Shown in pieces: positions 27,927 through 44,059 of a stretch of 64,000 bases of DNA; positions within the stretch are counted from its first letter, which is position 1; each line of letters begins with the position of its first letter. The DNA is taken from positions 11,532,001 to 11,596,000 of the forward strand of contig CM022667.1 of the NCBI GenBank assembly GCA_012295275.1, written 5' to 3'. Below the pieces are notes generated by a model, which was not told the origin of the DNA, did not search any database, and saw only the letters and a list, made by a program, of their open reading frames with translations. A program made the translations under genes and the position numbers. The DNA is from Chrysomallon squamiferum (Eukaryota; Animalia; Mollusca).

Positions 27927-29300
27927 TAACAATGATAATGATGATAATAATAATAATAATAATAATAATAACTGACAGACATGTATTTGTGTTAATGCCT
28001 GTTTGTATTTGTCATGCTAGTTGTTGCTGAAGTTTTAACTGCGGTCCTGGACATACGACTTTAACCAAAATAAACACTTTCATATGATACTTTTTAAATA
28101 AGTTTGTAGATAAAATAATTTTTGTTAACATTAGAAGCCGGACAGTAGAAAAATCAGTAAACACGAATCAGTTTATATTTGAGTGTTTTCCATAGTCATA
28201 ACATAGGAGTGGTCGAATTAGTAGTAGTAGTAGTAGTATATATATAGTAGTAGTAGAAGTAGTAGAAGAAAATAGTTGAAGCAACATTAGAAAGTAGTAG
28301 ACAAATTAGCAACATATAAATCGTAGTAGTTGCTATAGTCATAGCAGAAGTCGTGGAATTAAAAATATTAATATAGTAGTAGTACTACAATTATATAGAC
28401 AAAAACACTGTAGTATATACTTTAAAGATAGTAGTAATAGAAGTAGTAGTAGTAGTAAAGTAGGCAGTAGTGATAGTTATAAAAAACAACCTAACAGTAG
28501 TAAAAAAAACAGAAAATAGTACAAAAAAAACCCCTTACCTATATAGACAGGTGTCACAAAGGTATCTTAAATAAACTAGCAAAAACTAAAAACAACAACA
28601 ATAAACAAATAAAATAAAAAAAAATAAAATAAACCTAAATAAAATAAAATTATTCTTAATAATAGGAATAATTAAATAACAACAATAACACAAAAAAAAA
28701 TAATAATAATAATAAATAAATAAATAAAACTTGTGCTGTATTCATAACAAAATGTATAGTAGTAGTAGTAGTAGAAGTAGTGGTACTAGTATAGCAGTTG
28801 TATAAACAGAAATAACAGTTATGTTGGCTCTGATTGTTTTATAAGTTGTAGTAGTGTTTGGTTACGTTGGTGATAGTAGAGTTTGTTTTATGGTACTTGT
28901 TTGTTTTATATTATAACTAGAGGAAGTTCTGTTTTGTTTTTTCTCAACAACGCATGTGCGAGCTATACATATATATTTCCTGCACACGTTTCAACGAGGA
29001 TGTTTGTTTGATCGTAGTAGTAATACCAGTAACGTAAGAAATGTCAGTAAAAATGATGAAATACGTTGTGGTAATAATTGTAATAGTAGCAGTAGCTGCA
29101 ATAATTTTGTAGCAAAAAACACCAGGAATAGACGTAGTTGTAGAAACAGCAGTATTTGTAGTATTGTGTGTACAGGATATCTAAAAGTCTCTGTGTTCGT
29201 CGTCTTTGCTGAAAGAATCCAAAAAATGAACAAGTTAAATACACGTGTAAACCCTTCTAGAAACATAAAGAGTATCTATCGCTTTTCATGTCATAAGTTA
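27606..29300 (-). pseudogene. S5: inverted S3-like copy; last exon intact (27606-27713), upstream exons degenerate or unresolved
   Basis: Minus-strand ctggtttccag|KLTKLFPRIYKRIFQERLMSMSDTEATSLYTSITN* aligns without gaps to the S3 last exon. Intron block ~27995-28115 is the reverse complement of S3 intron ~21400-21535. A 27-nt AG..GT segment at 28539-28565 contains stops in phase 0. Confidence 0.65.
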
Positions 29301-29489
29301 AATATTAATGACTTTTAAGGAAAATAACAAGCACAAATGAACTAAAGTAAACTGCAGAATCAATAAGCGAATTCAAAAAAGAAAATACAAAAGGAAATAG
29401 CTTAGTAATATTAGTAGTAGCAACAGTACTTATAGTAATGGTACTGGTGGTAGTAATATCAAAATAGAAAAGCAAAAGTACAGCCATTA

Positions 29490-29782
29490 CATTAACGTTA
29501 TTATAAACATTAGTAGTACAGATAACACTAACGTAATTACAAACAGTAGTAGTAGGGATAACATTATCGTAATTAGAAACATTAGTAGTACAGATAACAC
29601 TAACGTAATTACAAACAGTAGTAGTAGGGACAACACTAACGTAATTACAAACAGTAGTAGTAGGGATAACACTACAGTAGTAGAAAGGGATAATTACGTA
29701 GTAGGGATAACATTACGTAATTACAAACAGTAGTAGTAGGGACAACACTAACGTAATTACAAACAGTAGTAGTAGGGATAGC
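29490..29782. repeat. 36-bp minisatellite (acactaacgtaattacaaacagtagtagtagggata)
   Basis: Visible tandem copies; 12-aa periodic ORF at 29487-29672. Confidence 0.9.
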
Positions 29783-30665
29783 AGTGAACAATAATAATAA
29801 CAATAATAAGAATAACAGCAGTAAGAAATAAAAAAATTCTCAGATTAACTCATCTTTTTTGAGTGAGGCCGATATAAAACATACCTGAACATAACCCTGT
29901 ACAATAAATAATAATAGCTACAGTAACAGAAATGGTATTAATAGAAATTTTAGTTGCAGTAGTAGTAGTGGTAGTAGTAGCTCAAGTAACAACAGAGGTA
30001 GTAGCAGAAGTAATAATAGCAGTTGCACTAGCAGTAGTAATAATTGTAGTAGGAGTATTATTATAGTTGTTGTAGAATTGGATTTAGAGTTTAGCTTTCA
30101 CATTTTTATGAGCAATAAACACGTGGATAACACGTGTAAAAAAAAAAACAAGTGTGATATTTGTTCAGATTATCGCGGAGTTCTTATGGATTTAACGAAA
30201 AAAAAGATTAATGGTTTCGGCGCATTATGTGTCGCGATTTCCCACATATCAGTGTGATGAGGGTTATGTTATTTTAGAATCGATGCTTTCAAAGCCAGCC
30301 AGTGATTTTATTATATCACAGATGCAGCACTACACGTCACAACCTGAAAACCAATCAACATTACAGAAAGTTCTTAATTAAACTTTAATTTTCTGTATAA
30401 TTTTAATTTTAATTTTTAATAATGGCATGGAAACACTTTTATTTAATAAATAAATAATTAGATCCAGCGATATCGTAATACATTTGAAAATATTTCATTG
30501 ATTATTTGTCAGTATATTTTTCACACGTAATAAAAAACAAGAAACAACAACATAAATTAAATATGTTGGCCCTCTTTTTCATTCGTTGAAATCGAGGGTT
30601 GCGATGCATTACACTGCGTACACCATTTATTTTGTTTGGTTGAAATTCGTTGAAATTTGGTTGCG

Positions 30666-30775
30666 ATGCATTACGCACCATTTATTTTGTTGGTAGCGTT
30701 TTTAATCTGTTCCCGTGGTAACGAGAGGTATGTAATAACTGTTTTTACATATTGCTAACTATATCTGAGAATATA

Positions 30776-30857
<82 letters not shown>

Positions 30858-31178
30858 AACAATAATTGTGCAAGATTTAAAAAAATAAAATTATTATTAT
30901 TATCATCATCATCATCACAGGTGCAACAAGATAACGATGTGGATTAAGAATCCTAATTTTGAGAATGTTGAGATAACCAAGGCTCTCATATTTTCTGCTG
31001 AAAGAATTGCATCACAAAGGGATTGTGGGATACGATGCGCACGTAACTCTTCCTGTGTTTGGTTTTCGTACAACGTCTACGGAATTTGTCGTCTGCATTA
31101 TTTGAGATTTACAAATTCAAGCAGCTATTCAACTTCACCTGGCTGGACTCATTTTTACCTGAGTGCAGGTACATATAT

Positions 31179-31224
<46 letters not shown>

Positions 31225-32112
31225 GGAGAGAGCTATTGAAAATGAATGAATTAATGAATAAATAAATATATTAATAATAATATTAAAATAATAATAATAA
31301 TAATGATAATAATAACAAGAACAACAATAATAACAGTAATGATAATTTAAATCAAATAAACACGCATATACAGACGAATAATAAAGATTTTTATTTTTGT
31401 TGTTTCTTATACATTTCTAGGATCGCATGACAATATCTATAATAACACTCCTATAGAAGAATAATACACAAATCTTTTCTAAAATATGTTTCTAGGATCG
31501 TAAGCAAATTTCTAGTACCACTTTTGTAACAGAAATCAGCATTACAATAAGTATTATTCCTAATCATTTTAAAAACTTTTTAGAAATTATTATCCTTTCC
31601 TGGCAGGTTCCTGTCCAGTGGAAGATGGGTTTGTTTATATGGACAATCTGAATCTATGTTTCAAAGTGTTCAGCGATAAGAAAACATTTGCTGAAGCACG
31701 TGTCGCCTGCAGACAGATAGGTTCAAGACTGATTGTACTGGACACAGAAGAGAAAAACACAGCTGTTGTTGACTACATCCAGAAAAACATAGGTATGAAT
31801 TTAAATACTGATATACATTATTTTTCTTGTTCCTACTATTATTGTTTTTTTTTCTTAGATTTTAATTATTGCTATTGTCATTATTATTCAGACACAGATA
31901 ACTATTTGTACATCGGACTGACTGATGAAGTTACAGAAGACGTGTATGTTTGGGAGAACGGAGTTCAGGCTGAGTTTTTCAACTGGAGAGCTGGTGAACC
32001 TAACAATAGTCAGTTGAATGAGGACTGCATTATGTTACGTTTTCCGTGGAACACATGGCTTGATGTTGCCTGTTCTCGAAGACAAATGTACATTTGTGAG
32101 AAACCAATGTGA
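30666..32112 (+). CDS. L2: secreted PAN/Apple + C-type lectin protein (MHY-type leader, 238 aa)
   Basis: join(30666-30727,30921-31168,31607-31792,31892-32112); leader MHYAPFILLVAFLICSRGNER; CTL motifs YIGLTD, EPN, WLD. Confidence 0.92.
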
Positions 32113-33024
32113 TTTTGTGTACTGTCAGAAATCAGTGTGATACTCTGTATCGCTAAACCTCGCAGTAGTCCTAGAGTTTTGAAACGACACAGATTAAGGC
32201 TATGTTCACACTGTATCACAGTCACACAGTGACTATTACTGAAAACAACTCTGTAACAAAATCGGTTAATTCATTTTTTCATTTATCTGTAATAAATCAG
32301 TAATTTATAAATTCATCAATGATGATTATTGTGTTAATCCCGATGGTTATGTTGAGGTTGATTAAATCGAAATAGTTGTCAAATGTTTCCTCTCATCTTT
32401 GTGATTAAATTGAAACAGTTGTCTAAAACAGAGTTACTCATTCTTTCATCATAATGTTTCCTCTCATCTTTGTCAAGAGCATTTCATGAATTAATCATTC
32501 AGAGCAGGAATAGCTGCGGTTCAAAAGCAACAATTAATTGATTGAATTTTCAGTGCTTGTGCTCTACTAAAAGCATGTCAACAGAGAGAACGCAAGAAAT
32601 GTAACTAAACTCCTTGCAAAGCAGTCAGTTAGTTCTGATCAGTGTAAACGTAACCCGGCCTTCAGAAGGGAATATTCTGAACATGATTCCATCAATTTAT
32701 AATTAAACCAAACATTTAATCAATGAAGGTTACTCAGAGATAAAATAAATCGTTCATTACAAAAGATACACATCAAATGGCTATAAACAAGATTACAGTT
32801 AACAAATGGGAACTTATTGTATAACAAAAGTAGAAAGTAGATATGGTAACCTTAGCAAAAAAGCAATAAATCGAAACATAATGAATGAAATAAAGAAACA
32901 GAAACCCAACAAAAACAAACATCCCCGGAAAAAAGCAAAAAAACAAAACAAAAGAAAAAAATACAAAAGTACAACAAGAAAAAAAATAATGATTGAAAAA
33001 AAGAGAGACAAAAAAAAAAAAATG

Positions 33025-33116
<92 letters not shown>

Positions 33117-34368
33117 AAAATTAAATAAATAAAACAAACAATCAAACAAACAAAACAACAAAACAAAAAACAAGGGCAGTAAAATAAAAATTCTACTAGA
33201 AATGTTCTCAGAAGTTATCGCGTCGATTTCCCGGATAAAAAAGTGAAACGTCTTTTAACGAATTGTTCTTTTACAACAATTACAAGAACAACAACGACCA
33301 CAACAGCAATTACTGCTACTACCAATAGTAATAGTACTACAACTAATAATCGCTATTTAAAGGAAACATTACATTTTCTCGTAAAAGAATTAAAGTATAT
33401 ACGAAAGAAAAATATCCCGTTTTAGATGATTGACAATAACGGCGACAACATGAACAAATTGCATTTATTGATTTCCAGCAGGGAATATGTATGTTATCAA
33501 AAGTATTTATTTATTTAAGCAGGCATACGATTAAATTTCAGAATTCTCACGGGTACGAAAACACAACAACAACGACAACTGCAACAATAACAACAAACAT
33601 TACTTGATTAAACTAAAATAAATAATGCAGAAACAACAAACACGAAAAGAAAAGAAAACAGAGAGAGAGAAAAAAGTAAAACAGAAGAATATTAACTAAA
33701 AATGAAACTGCTCAAAAATGAAATTAAAAAATACAATAAATAAAAATAATAGAATCACATATGACAAATCTGACAGGTATGAAGCCAAATATCGGTTTAC
33801 ATTGCTGCATTGATTTTGTATATATTTACACTTCTTTCTGCATGATTAAAAACTAAATTTTAAACATGAACATTAAATGATTTGTCCTGTTTTTTATTAA
33901 AATATTTGTAATAACAGTACCATACACCAAGTAATAAAAATAAATTTAGTATCAAAATTAATAAACGTACTAGTCATAATTGTCAGGATCGTCACAATGA
34001 AGCGGTTTCTATTGCTTTTGTTGTCCATAATGTTGATGTCGTTATAGTCGATGTCCTTTTGCTGTCGAGGTGATCGGTTTATTGATTTTAGGTAGAATCA
34101 GGTACGAATACAGTTATCAAAAATTAAACAAATGTGTTTGCAGTATAAAGCAATTCTATAGACACTATTCATGTCGTTATTTGTTTTATTTTTTCAATTC
34201 TTTCAGTTTAATTCCCTGGTTTTGTTAAATTTAGTTTCTAAACGTTATTGGTTTTTTAGCTGCTGTTAGAACTCATATTTAATACTCATTACTGGACTGA
34301 ATTTCACGGAGAGACGTTTGTTAAATTAAGTGAAGTGACAGTTGTAAGTAATTAAACTAACAGCTAAG

Positions 34369-34454
34369 ATGAAAACCTTTCTCTACAGAGGAATCTGGGT
34401 TTTGTTTCTACTCGTGCGTTCTAAAACTGAAGACAGGTATGTATCAATGTGCTA

Positions 34455-34551
<97 letters not shown>

Positions 34552-36122
34552 CTCGTCCCTGTATTATTATTATTATTATTATTATTATCATCATCATCAT
34601 CATATACGTCGTCATCATCGTCATCGTTATCATTTATTTTGATTATAAGAATATATGTAGTTTTTCAAAAGTATTTCCTATTCATATATTAACTATAGGT
34701 TTTATTATTATAGGTGCAGCCATTTATCTCTTTGGATTAGAAATGTAAGGTTTAACGATGTCGATGTAACCGATGGGCTCCTATCTTCTCTAGATGGAAT
34801 TACAAGCGCAGGGTTTTGTGGGATGCGATGTGCAAATAATTCTACCTGTAAATCGTTTTCATACAATGTGCATGGGGTTTGTCGACTCCATTTCTTGAGA
34901 TTTTCAAATTACAACAGTTACTCTAAATCACCTGGCTGGAACTACTTCTACCTTAGTGCAGGTAACATGGGTTTTATTTATTTATTTATTTAGTTATTTA
35001 TTTATTTATTTATGTGTTTGTTTCTTTGTTTCTTTGTTTGTTTGCTTTTTTGCTTGTTTGTTTGCTTGTTTGTATGTTTGTTTGTTTGTGTATTTTCTTG
35101 TTTTTGATTTTTTAGAACTACTACTACTAATACTATTACTATGACTATAGCTGGTCTGAATTTAAAAATATATATATGAACAATATAATGGGGTTTTTTT
35201 TTTTTTTTTTTCTCTGCTAGATATTTAATTGCCACAGATGATAACAACAGGCTGGGTCTTGAATTTTTTCCACTGTTACAATTTATAGGCAACAGATTCA
35301 TAGACATACATAGATACATCACATACAAACACACATACACACACACTTATACGTACATACTGACTCATATATACTTACACAAAATTGCATAAACATGTAA
35401 TAAGAGGAAGAACAACAACAAGAAGAACAAGAAAAATTAACATGTTAATTGTTTGAATATACCTTATTTGCATTGATGAAATGGTCTTTTCAAAATTTTC
35501 TATAAGACATGTGAAAGAAAGAAATTAACTGTTTTATTCTCACAGGTTCATGTCCAGTAGAAGACGGGTTTGTGTACTTGGACGAAGTGCAACTGTGTAT
35601 GAAGCATTTTGTGGAAAAGAAAACATTTTCTCAAGCACGTGACGCCTGCAGTCAGATAGGTTCAAGGCTGATTGTACTGGACTCAGAAGAGAAAAACACA
35701 GCTGTTGGTGACTACATCCAAAATAATACAGGTAGGAACTTAAATAATCTTATACTACATATAGAATATCTCTTTGCAGTTGTAAATAAAATATTATCTT
35801 TAAAATTATTATTATTACTATAATTATTATTATTATTATTGTTGTTGTTGTTGTTGTTGTATTGTTATTCTTTTAATGATTTTGTTTTTATCATTAAACA
35901 GAAACAGAACGGCGTTTCTACATCGGTTTATCGGATGTAGTTAAAGAAGGTGTGTTTGTTTGGGAAAATGGAGTTCGGGCTGTGTTTCTCAACTGGGGAA
36001 CAGGTGAACCTAACAATTATGGTTCCAACGAGGACTGTATTATCTTATTTTTTCCATGGAACACATGGCATGATGTCGACTGTTCCCGAAGTCTAAATTA
36101 CATTTGTGAGAAACCAGTGTGA
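34369..36122 (+). CDS. L3: PAN/Apple + C-type lectin protein (MKT-type leader, 240 aa)
   Basis: join(34369-34436,34714-34961,35546-35731,35902-36122); leader MKTFLYRGIWVLFLLVRSKTEDR; EPN/WHD. Confidence 0.9.
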
Positions 36123-36978
36123 TTTTCTACACTGTCAGAAACCGATTGTTTTCTGTATTATCATAAACAACTGCAAATTCAAAATCAGTTTCCTCAATTC
36201 ATAATACTTGACAAATCAGTTATTTATAAATGACAACGATGTCGATGACGATTATGATTTAATGAACGTGTCGATAATGACAATGGTCATGACCAGCTTA
36301 ATTAAATTATATTGTACTGTGTACCGTAGAGTAACTCCTCCCTGTTTCCTTGTCATAATCCTCAACAGGATCTTATGAAATAAAAATGAAAAGAAGATGT
36401 TGTTGAAGAATAAATGTAACAAAATGGGAATTCGCCATTTCTGAAAAACGTTTTAACTAGGGCGCCTAAATGCCGTCAGCATTTTGACATGTATCTCCAT
36501 GGGCAGAGTGTTTTGTTTTATCAGTATCATATTACAGACTACGAACTGATGCTTTCAAAGCAAATGAACGTATTTATTATGTCGCAAAGCAGCACTGAAA
36601 TGTTAATACTTGAAAACAGATGAATCTCACACCATGTTCCTGATTAAATTTGAGTTTTCTGTAAATGTTAATGTTTTTACACTTTATTCAATCCTGTCTG
36701 TTAATATGGAAGCAAGTATATTTAATAAATAAATAATTATATCAAGCGATATTGATTTACATTATTACACCAATTATCTGCACTTATTACATGATATCGT
36801 ATGTTGGCATTGACTGTTTTCACGTGTTTGATGTTGTTCTTATTAATACAACTCAAAACAAACTGTCTGACGTTGTGTTCTTATCCGTTTGCTTCTACTG
36901 GAAAGATTATCAGTATTTAATCCGGACGATTTTATTATACTGGTCAGTTTGGTTGAAATTCTTTCATACTTGCAAGAC

Positions 36979-38095
36979 ATGCATTATTCACCATTTATTT
37001 TGTTGGTTGCGTTTGCAATCTGTAGCCTTGGTAACGAGAGGTATGTAAGATCTGTTTTTTATATATTGCTAACTATGTATGAGAAAAGAGATAAAATTTA
37101 CAACAAAGATACTTGTGTGATATTGCAGTAAGAGAAATCTGCCATTATAAAATCAAATCAAACCGAACTGAAATTAACTTTTCGTTATTTAATTTCAATT
37201 TTTTTTAATGATGATGATGATAATAATAATAATAATCATCATCATCATCATAAATAAATAAATAAATATATAAATAAATAAATCCCTTAAAAAAAATAAG
37301 GAAAAATTTTAAAAAAGAATTAAGTAAGTAAACAAATAAACAAATAAATAAATAAATAAATTAATAATAAAAATGATAAAATTCCCAACAAACTAACAAA
37401 AAAAAAAAAAAAAAAAATCCAGTAGAACAACATCAAACACAAACAAAGAAGGAAAGAAAGAACAATAACCAGTATAAAATTACATTTGACACAACTGACT
37501 GCTGTCAAAGCAAACATCGGTTCACATTGATTCATTGATTTTGTATACATTTACAATTCTCTCTGAATTAAATTTCAAACATGAATTTTGAATAATAATG
37601 ACTCGCTCTGTTGTTTATGTAGATGTAACAGTACCATAAACTACATAAGAAAAATGCATTTTCTAACAAGTTAGTCACAAGGAATTTTTCTTTTCTTTAT
37701 TGAATTATTTTACATTTTCTCTGGACTTCAGCACCAATGCTACACAATTACTATAATGTCAGTCACGATCCTTGATATTAACAGAGTAAAACTGAGCTGT
37801 ACTTTTCACTGTCATTCTTTTTCTTTTTATATTTATTGATTATCAGATAGAGTCGAATGTTAGTAATTGTAGTCATCAAAAATTTAGACCTTTGGAGAAA
37901 TTACAAAAATTACACTGAACGACTTCTCGTACTTCAGCTTAATACCACGTTTTTGCTAAAGTTAAATTTCTGTCTAAGAGTTTTCTGTTTTAACTGTTTG
38001 ATACTGATAATCAGCAGCCTAAATTTCATAGAATTTTATTTGTTTTATTAAAGTGAACTGCCAGAAAACCTTTCTCATCAAAAGAACGTGGGTTT

Positions 38096-38172
<77 letters not shown>

Positions 38173-39767
38173 TATCAAACCCTATTTACTTCTTAATATA
38201 TATATATATATATGTTTTATTACTGTAGGTGCAGCCGTTCATCTCTCTGGATTAGAAATCTAAATTTTAACGATGTCGATGTAACCTATGGGCTCCTATC
38301 TACTCAAGCTGGAATTACAAGCGCAGAGTTTTGTGCGATACTATGTGCAGATAACTCTGTCTGTAAATCGTTTTCATACAATGTGAGTGGTGATTGTCGA
38401 CTCCATTTCTTGAGATTTTCAAATTACAGCAGCTACTCTAAATCACCTGGCTGGAACTACTTCTACCTTAGTGCAGGTAACATAGGCTTTATTTATTTAT
38501 TTATTTATTTACTTATTTTCTTTTTGTTTCTTTGTTCGTTTGCTTCTTTGAGTGTTTCTGTACTTTTTTATATTTTTATTTGTTTGGTTATTTATTTTCT
38601 TATTTGTTTTTAATACTACTAGTACTGTTACTATGATTTAATAGCTGTTTTGATTTCAAAAAATATATATATAAAATTATTATTTATATTATTATTATTT
38701 AATTTTTTTCTTACACGCACACACCCACACATTTATATTGAACATACTTACTCATGTCTACATACATAAAATTGCAGGTGTCCCCTCATTAGAGGGACAT
38801 TAATTACATACATTTGTTGTTGTTGTTGTTTTTAAACATATTTACTGTCTTTATTTACATCCACCACAACAGCACTCATTAGTGTTGCCGTCGTAGCAAG
38901 CATCACGACTTTATCTAACAATAGAACTGCAAATATTTCGAGTCATGGATGTAAATAAAACATATTTTAAACATATTTCATAAATCTCATAATAAGCATA
39001 AGGTATATTGTCTTTTTTTTACAAAATATTCCGGTTGAAAAATACAAGTAGAGCTGATAAGAATATCGTTTGATAAGTATTTCTAGAAGACTTGAGAAAG
39101 AAAGAAATTAACTGTTTTATTCTCACAGGTTCATGTCCAGTAGAAGACGGGTTTGTGTACTTGGACGAAGTGCATCTGTGTATGAAGGCTTTTGTGGAAA
39201 AGAAAACATTTTCTCAAGCACGTGACGCCTGCAGTCAGATCGGTTCAAGACTGATTGTACTGGACACAGAAGAGAAAAACACAGCTGTTGGTGACTACAT
39301 TCAAAAAAACATCGGTAGGAACTTAAATATTGATATACTACTATCAGTGAAATAATCTTCTAACGCATAGAGAATATCAATTTGCAGTTGCAAATAAAAC
39401 ATTAACTTTAAAATTATTGTTGTTGTTGTTGTCATTATTATTAGTGATGTTGTTGTTGTTATTATCATTATTATTAGTGATGTTGCTTTTGTTGTTATCA
39501 TTGTTATTGTTATTGTTCTATTAAAACTATATTTACCATTATATAGATATAGAAGAACGTTTGTACATCGGTCTGACGGATAGAGCTACAGAAGGCGTAT
39601 ATGTCTGGGGAAATGGAGTTCAGGCAGTGTTTTTCAACTGGGGAACAGGTGAACCTAACTATTTTGTTCTCAGCGAGGACTGTATTATGTTACGTTTTCC
39701 GTGGAACTCATGGCATGATGTCGAATGTTCCCGAAGAGAAAATTACATTTGTGAGAAACCAGTGTGA
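36979..39767 (+). CDS. L4: PAN/Apple + C-type lectin protein, probably chimeric (MHY leader exon on an MKT-type body)
   Basis: join(36979-37040,38229-38476,39129-39314,39547-39767), phases compatible. Its own MKT exon is a remnant (~38065-38098) lacking both ATG and donor. EPN/WHD. Confidence 0.8.
38797..39057 (+). mobile_element. Interspersed repeat copy (truncated) in L4 intron 2
   Basis: Matches 46880-47140 directly and 15110-15370 inverted; absent from the equivalent introns of L3 and L8. Confidence 0.7.
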
Positions 39768-41608
39768 TGTTCTACATTGTCAGAAACCATCTGTTTTCTG
39801 TATTAACAAAAGGCATATCTGATGTCGTAAATAAAATTAACAAAATTCATTATATTGAGTTAATGTGTAAAAACTTCTGCTGGTGTTTCTTCTTCTTCTT
39901 CTTTTTCTTCTTCTTCTTCTTCTTCTTCTTCTTCTTCTTCTGTTTAAGCATTTCGGAGCTATCATTAGCTGTGAATTTCTTTTAGGTGACCTCACATTCA
40001 CACCAACATGCATCAATATATGTAAACTGACTTGCAGAAAAAGTGGAAATCGCACCACATGTCTTTCAGTTATTTAACGGTATATTTTTATTAATATCAT
40101 ATATATAATATTAATATAATAACACATTAAAGTTAATAAAACAAATGACATGATATCTTATGAAAAATTTGTAATACTCAGTAAAATTCGTAATTCATTA
40201 GTACATCTTGTAACTCATCATATAATACAAAAACCGTACTATTTTAGTTCAAGATGTCACATATAACTCCATGAAGACTACATATTTGAACTCAAGAATA
40301 CATATAATTCTGCAAACGTCTAATTATTACCAGTGAAATTATCTCAGCTGAGATGATATGATTTCTGCCAAACATTGTAAAATTATATATTCATAGTTCT
40401 TGTTTCATCTACAGAAAACGAGTAAGATATCAACTTATATATCTACTCCAATGATACAGTTGATCTTTTATTTCGATGGTGAATAATACCCACGGGTGAT
40501 ATAGTATCTATATCAGGTATAAGTTGTGTAATACATTGTTAAGTACATTCGTATATCATCTCTTGTATACTTCTTTATCCAACACAGTTAAAAAGAAACC
40601 TCAGTGATACAGTATTTACTACAGATAATGTATGAATATACTTAATACATGATCTGTCGTACAAATTTCGATCGTACTTGATGTGTTGTATATCTCCTTC
40701 CATTACAGACTACACATTAAGATAGTGTCGGTGCTTCTTAGAGTGGTTTCTGCACAACCTGTCACTGATTATGCGCCCAGTTTCAGATAAATAAACCATT
40801 CGTATTCAGAGTTTACAGATTCAGGATTTAAAAATTCCAAATTCCATTTCCACTGTATTTTGTCACTGTATTTCTGGGAACACATCCATGAAATTCGATA
40901 AAATAAACATAAAATAAAAACATAAAAACATAAAAATTAGATTTTTAAAAACTTTAATTTGTTCCTGCTTCCCTTTTCTTTTCCAGACTTATCGTTGATG
41001 TTCAGTTTTAATTATTGAAACTGAATATTCTTAACCAGCAAAGGCAATGAAATTATTGTTAACATAACACTGTTTTAGTGTTTATTTGATTTTATTACTT
41101 TCTGGAAACCTGGAGGACTTTAGACACTGCAGTTATTTTCAACTAATCTATGGGTTCCATGTCTACATAAAATTTGTGCTGAATAACAAGACTCTAATAG
41201 AGACAGTCAGTAAAAAATTTAGAAGATAAAAAATGTATATATGTATACGTTATTAAGGAAACACACCCATTTCATAAACAAACAATTAGAGCCAACGATA
41301 TTGATTTACATTATAAAATATTTGATTGATTATTTCTCAGCATATTTTTCTGCACGTAAGATACACAAAACATACAAACAAACAAAAATGTATCGCATGT
41401 CAGAGAACAGTTAGCATTTACGGTTTTCAGGTTTTTGATAATATTCTTATTAATACAGCACCAAACACATCGATTAAATTTCCTATTGGTGTTTCCTTCT
41501 GTTGGAAAGATTATCAGTATTCAATACGAACCTGCTAAAGAAAGTCACAGAATAGTACGAATGATTGTACTGGTCAGTTTGTTTGAAATTCATTCTTATT
41601 TGCGAAAG

Positions 41609-43257
<1,649 letters not shown>

Positions 43258-44059
43258 TTTTCTTTGTTGTCAGAAATCAGTGTGATCATCTACATTGGTA
43301 ACCTCGGTGAAAACTGGGTTGACTACTCCATGAACCAAAACAGAAACAGTATCAGAGAAATAGACTCTATCCTTAAATAAATACATGGTTGATGTGACAG
43401 TGAGGGCTAGATTTTGTAATTTTTACTTTTATTTTTATATGCTTTTGTTTTCATCCTGTTTTTGGTTTAAATTAATATCTGGAAAAAATATCTTATATAA
43501 AAATAAAAATAAATGAATGTAAAATCGTCGCGTTAAAAATAAGTAATTACAAATCAAACTTCATTTACAGTAATAATTTAGATAAACTATTAAAGAACAT
43601 AAGGTAATAATTGAACAAAAATTGCATGAAGTCATTATCTGGATATAAATGGCTTAGACTTCTTTAACAAGGGTCACTTGAATTTGAAACGCCAATCAGG
43701 AATTGGAAGCAAAGTTCAGCATAACATCTACTTCACGTTAAATAAATAATTGACGGATAGGAAGAAGATGACTATAAATATGGATATTTACAAATTTTCA
43801 ACAATGGACTTTCTTTAAAACACTAATAATATAAAAATTATCAACATGAACAAAATAAAACTATCGGCAGTATCAAACAAAGATTAACTGCTCCTGTATT
43901 AAAATTAATGCTTGTAAAACTGACGAAATAAAATAATGGCCTGCTTTGTAGGAAGCGATTATTACCCTCGGTTATTGAGCAGCAATTTTGTTTACGGTTA
44001 TCTTTGTGACCTTGTGGTATCGTCTTTCGCTCACTATTCATTTCTAAATATTTGCACGT

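Noticed and set aside
40400-40720. Loosely repeated cagtgata(c/t)agtat motifs (also 48930-49330)
   Set aside because: Degenerate and irregular; probably an old TE or satellite remnant that I cannot classify.
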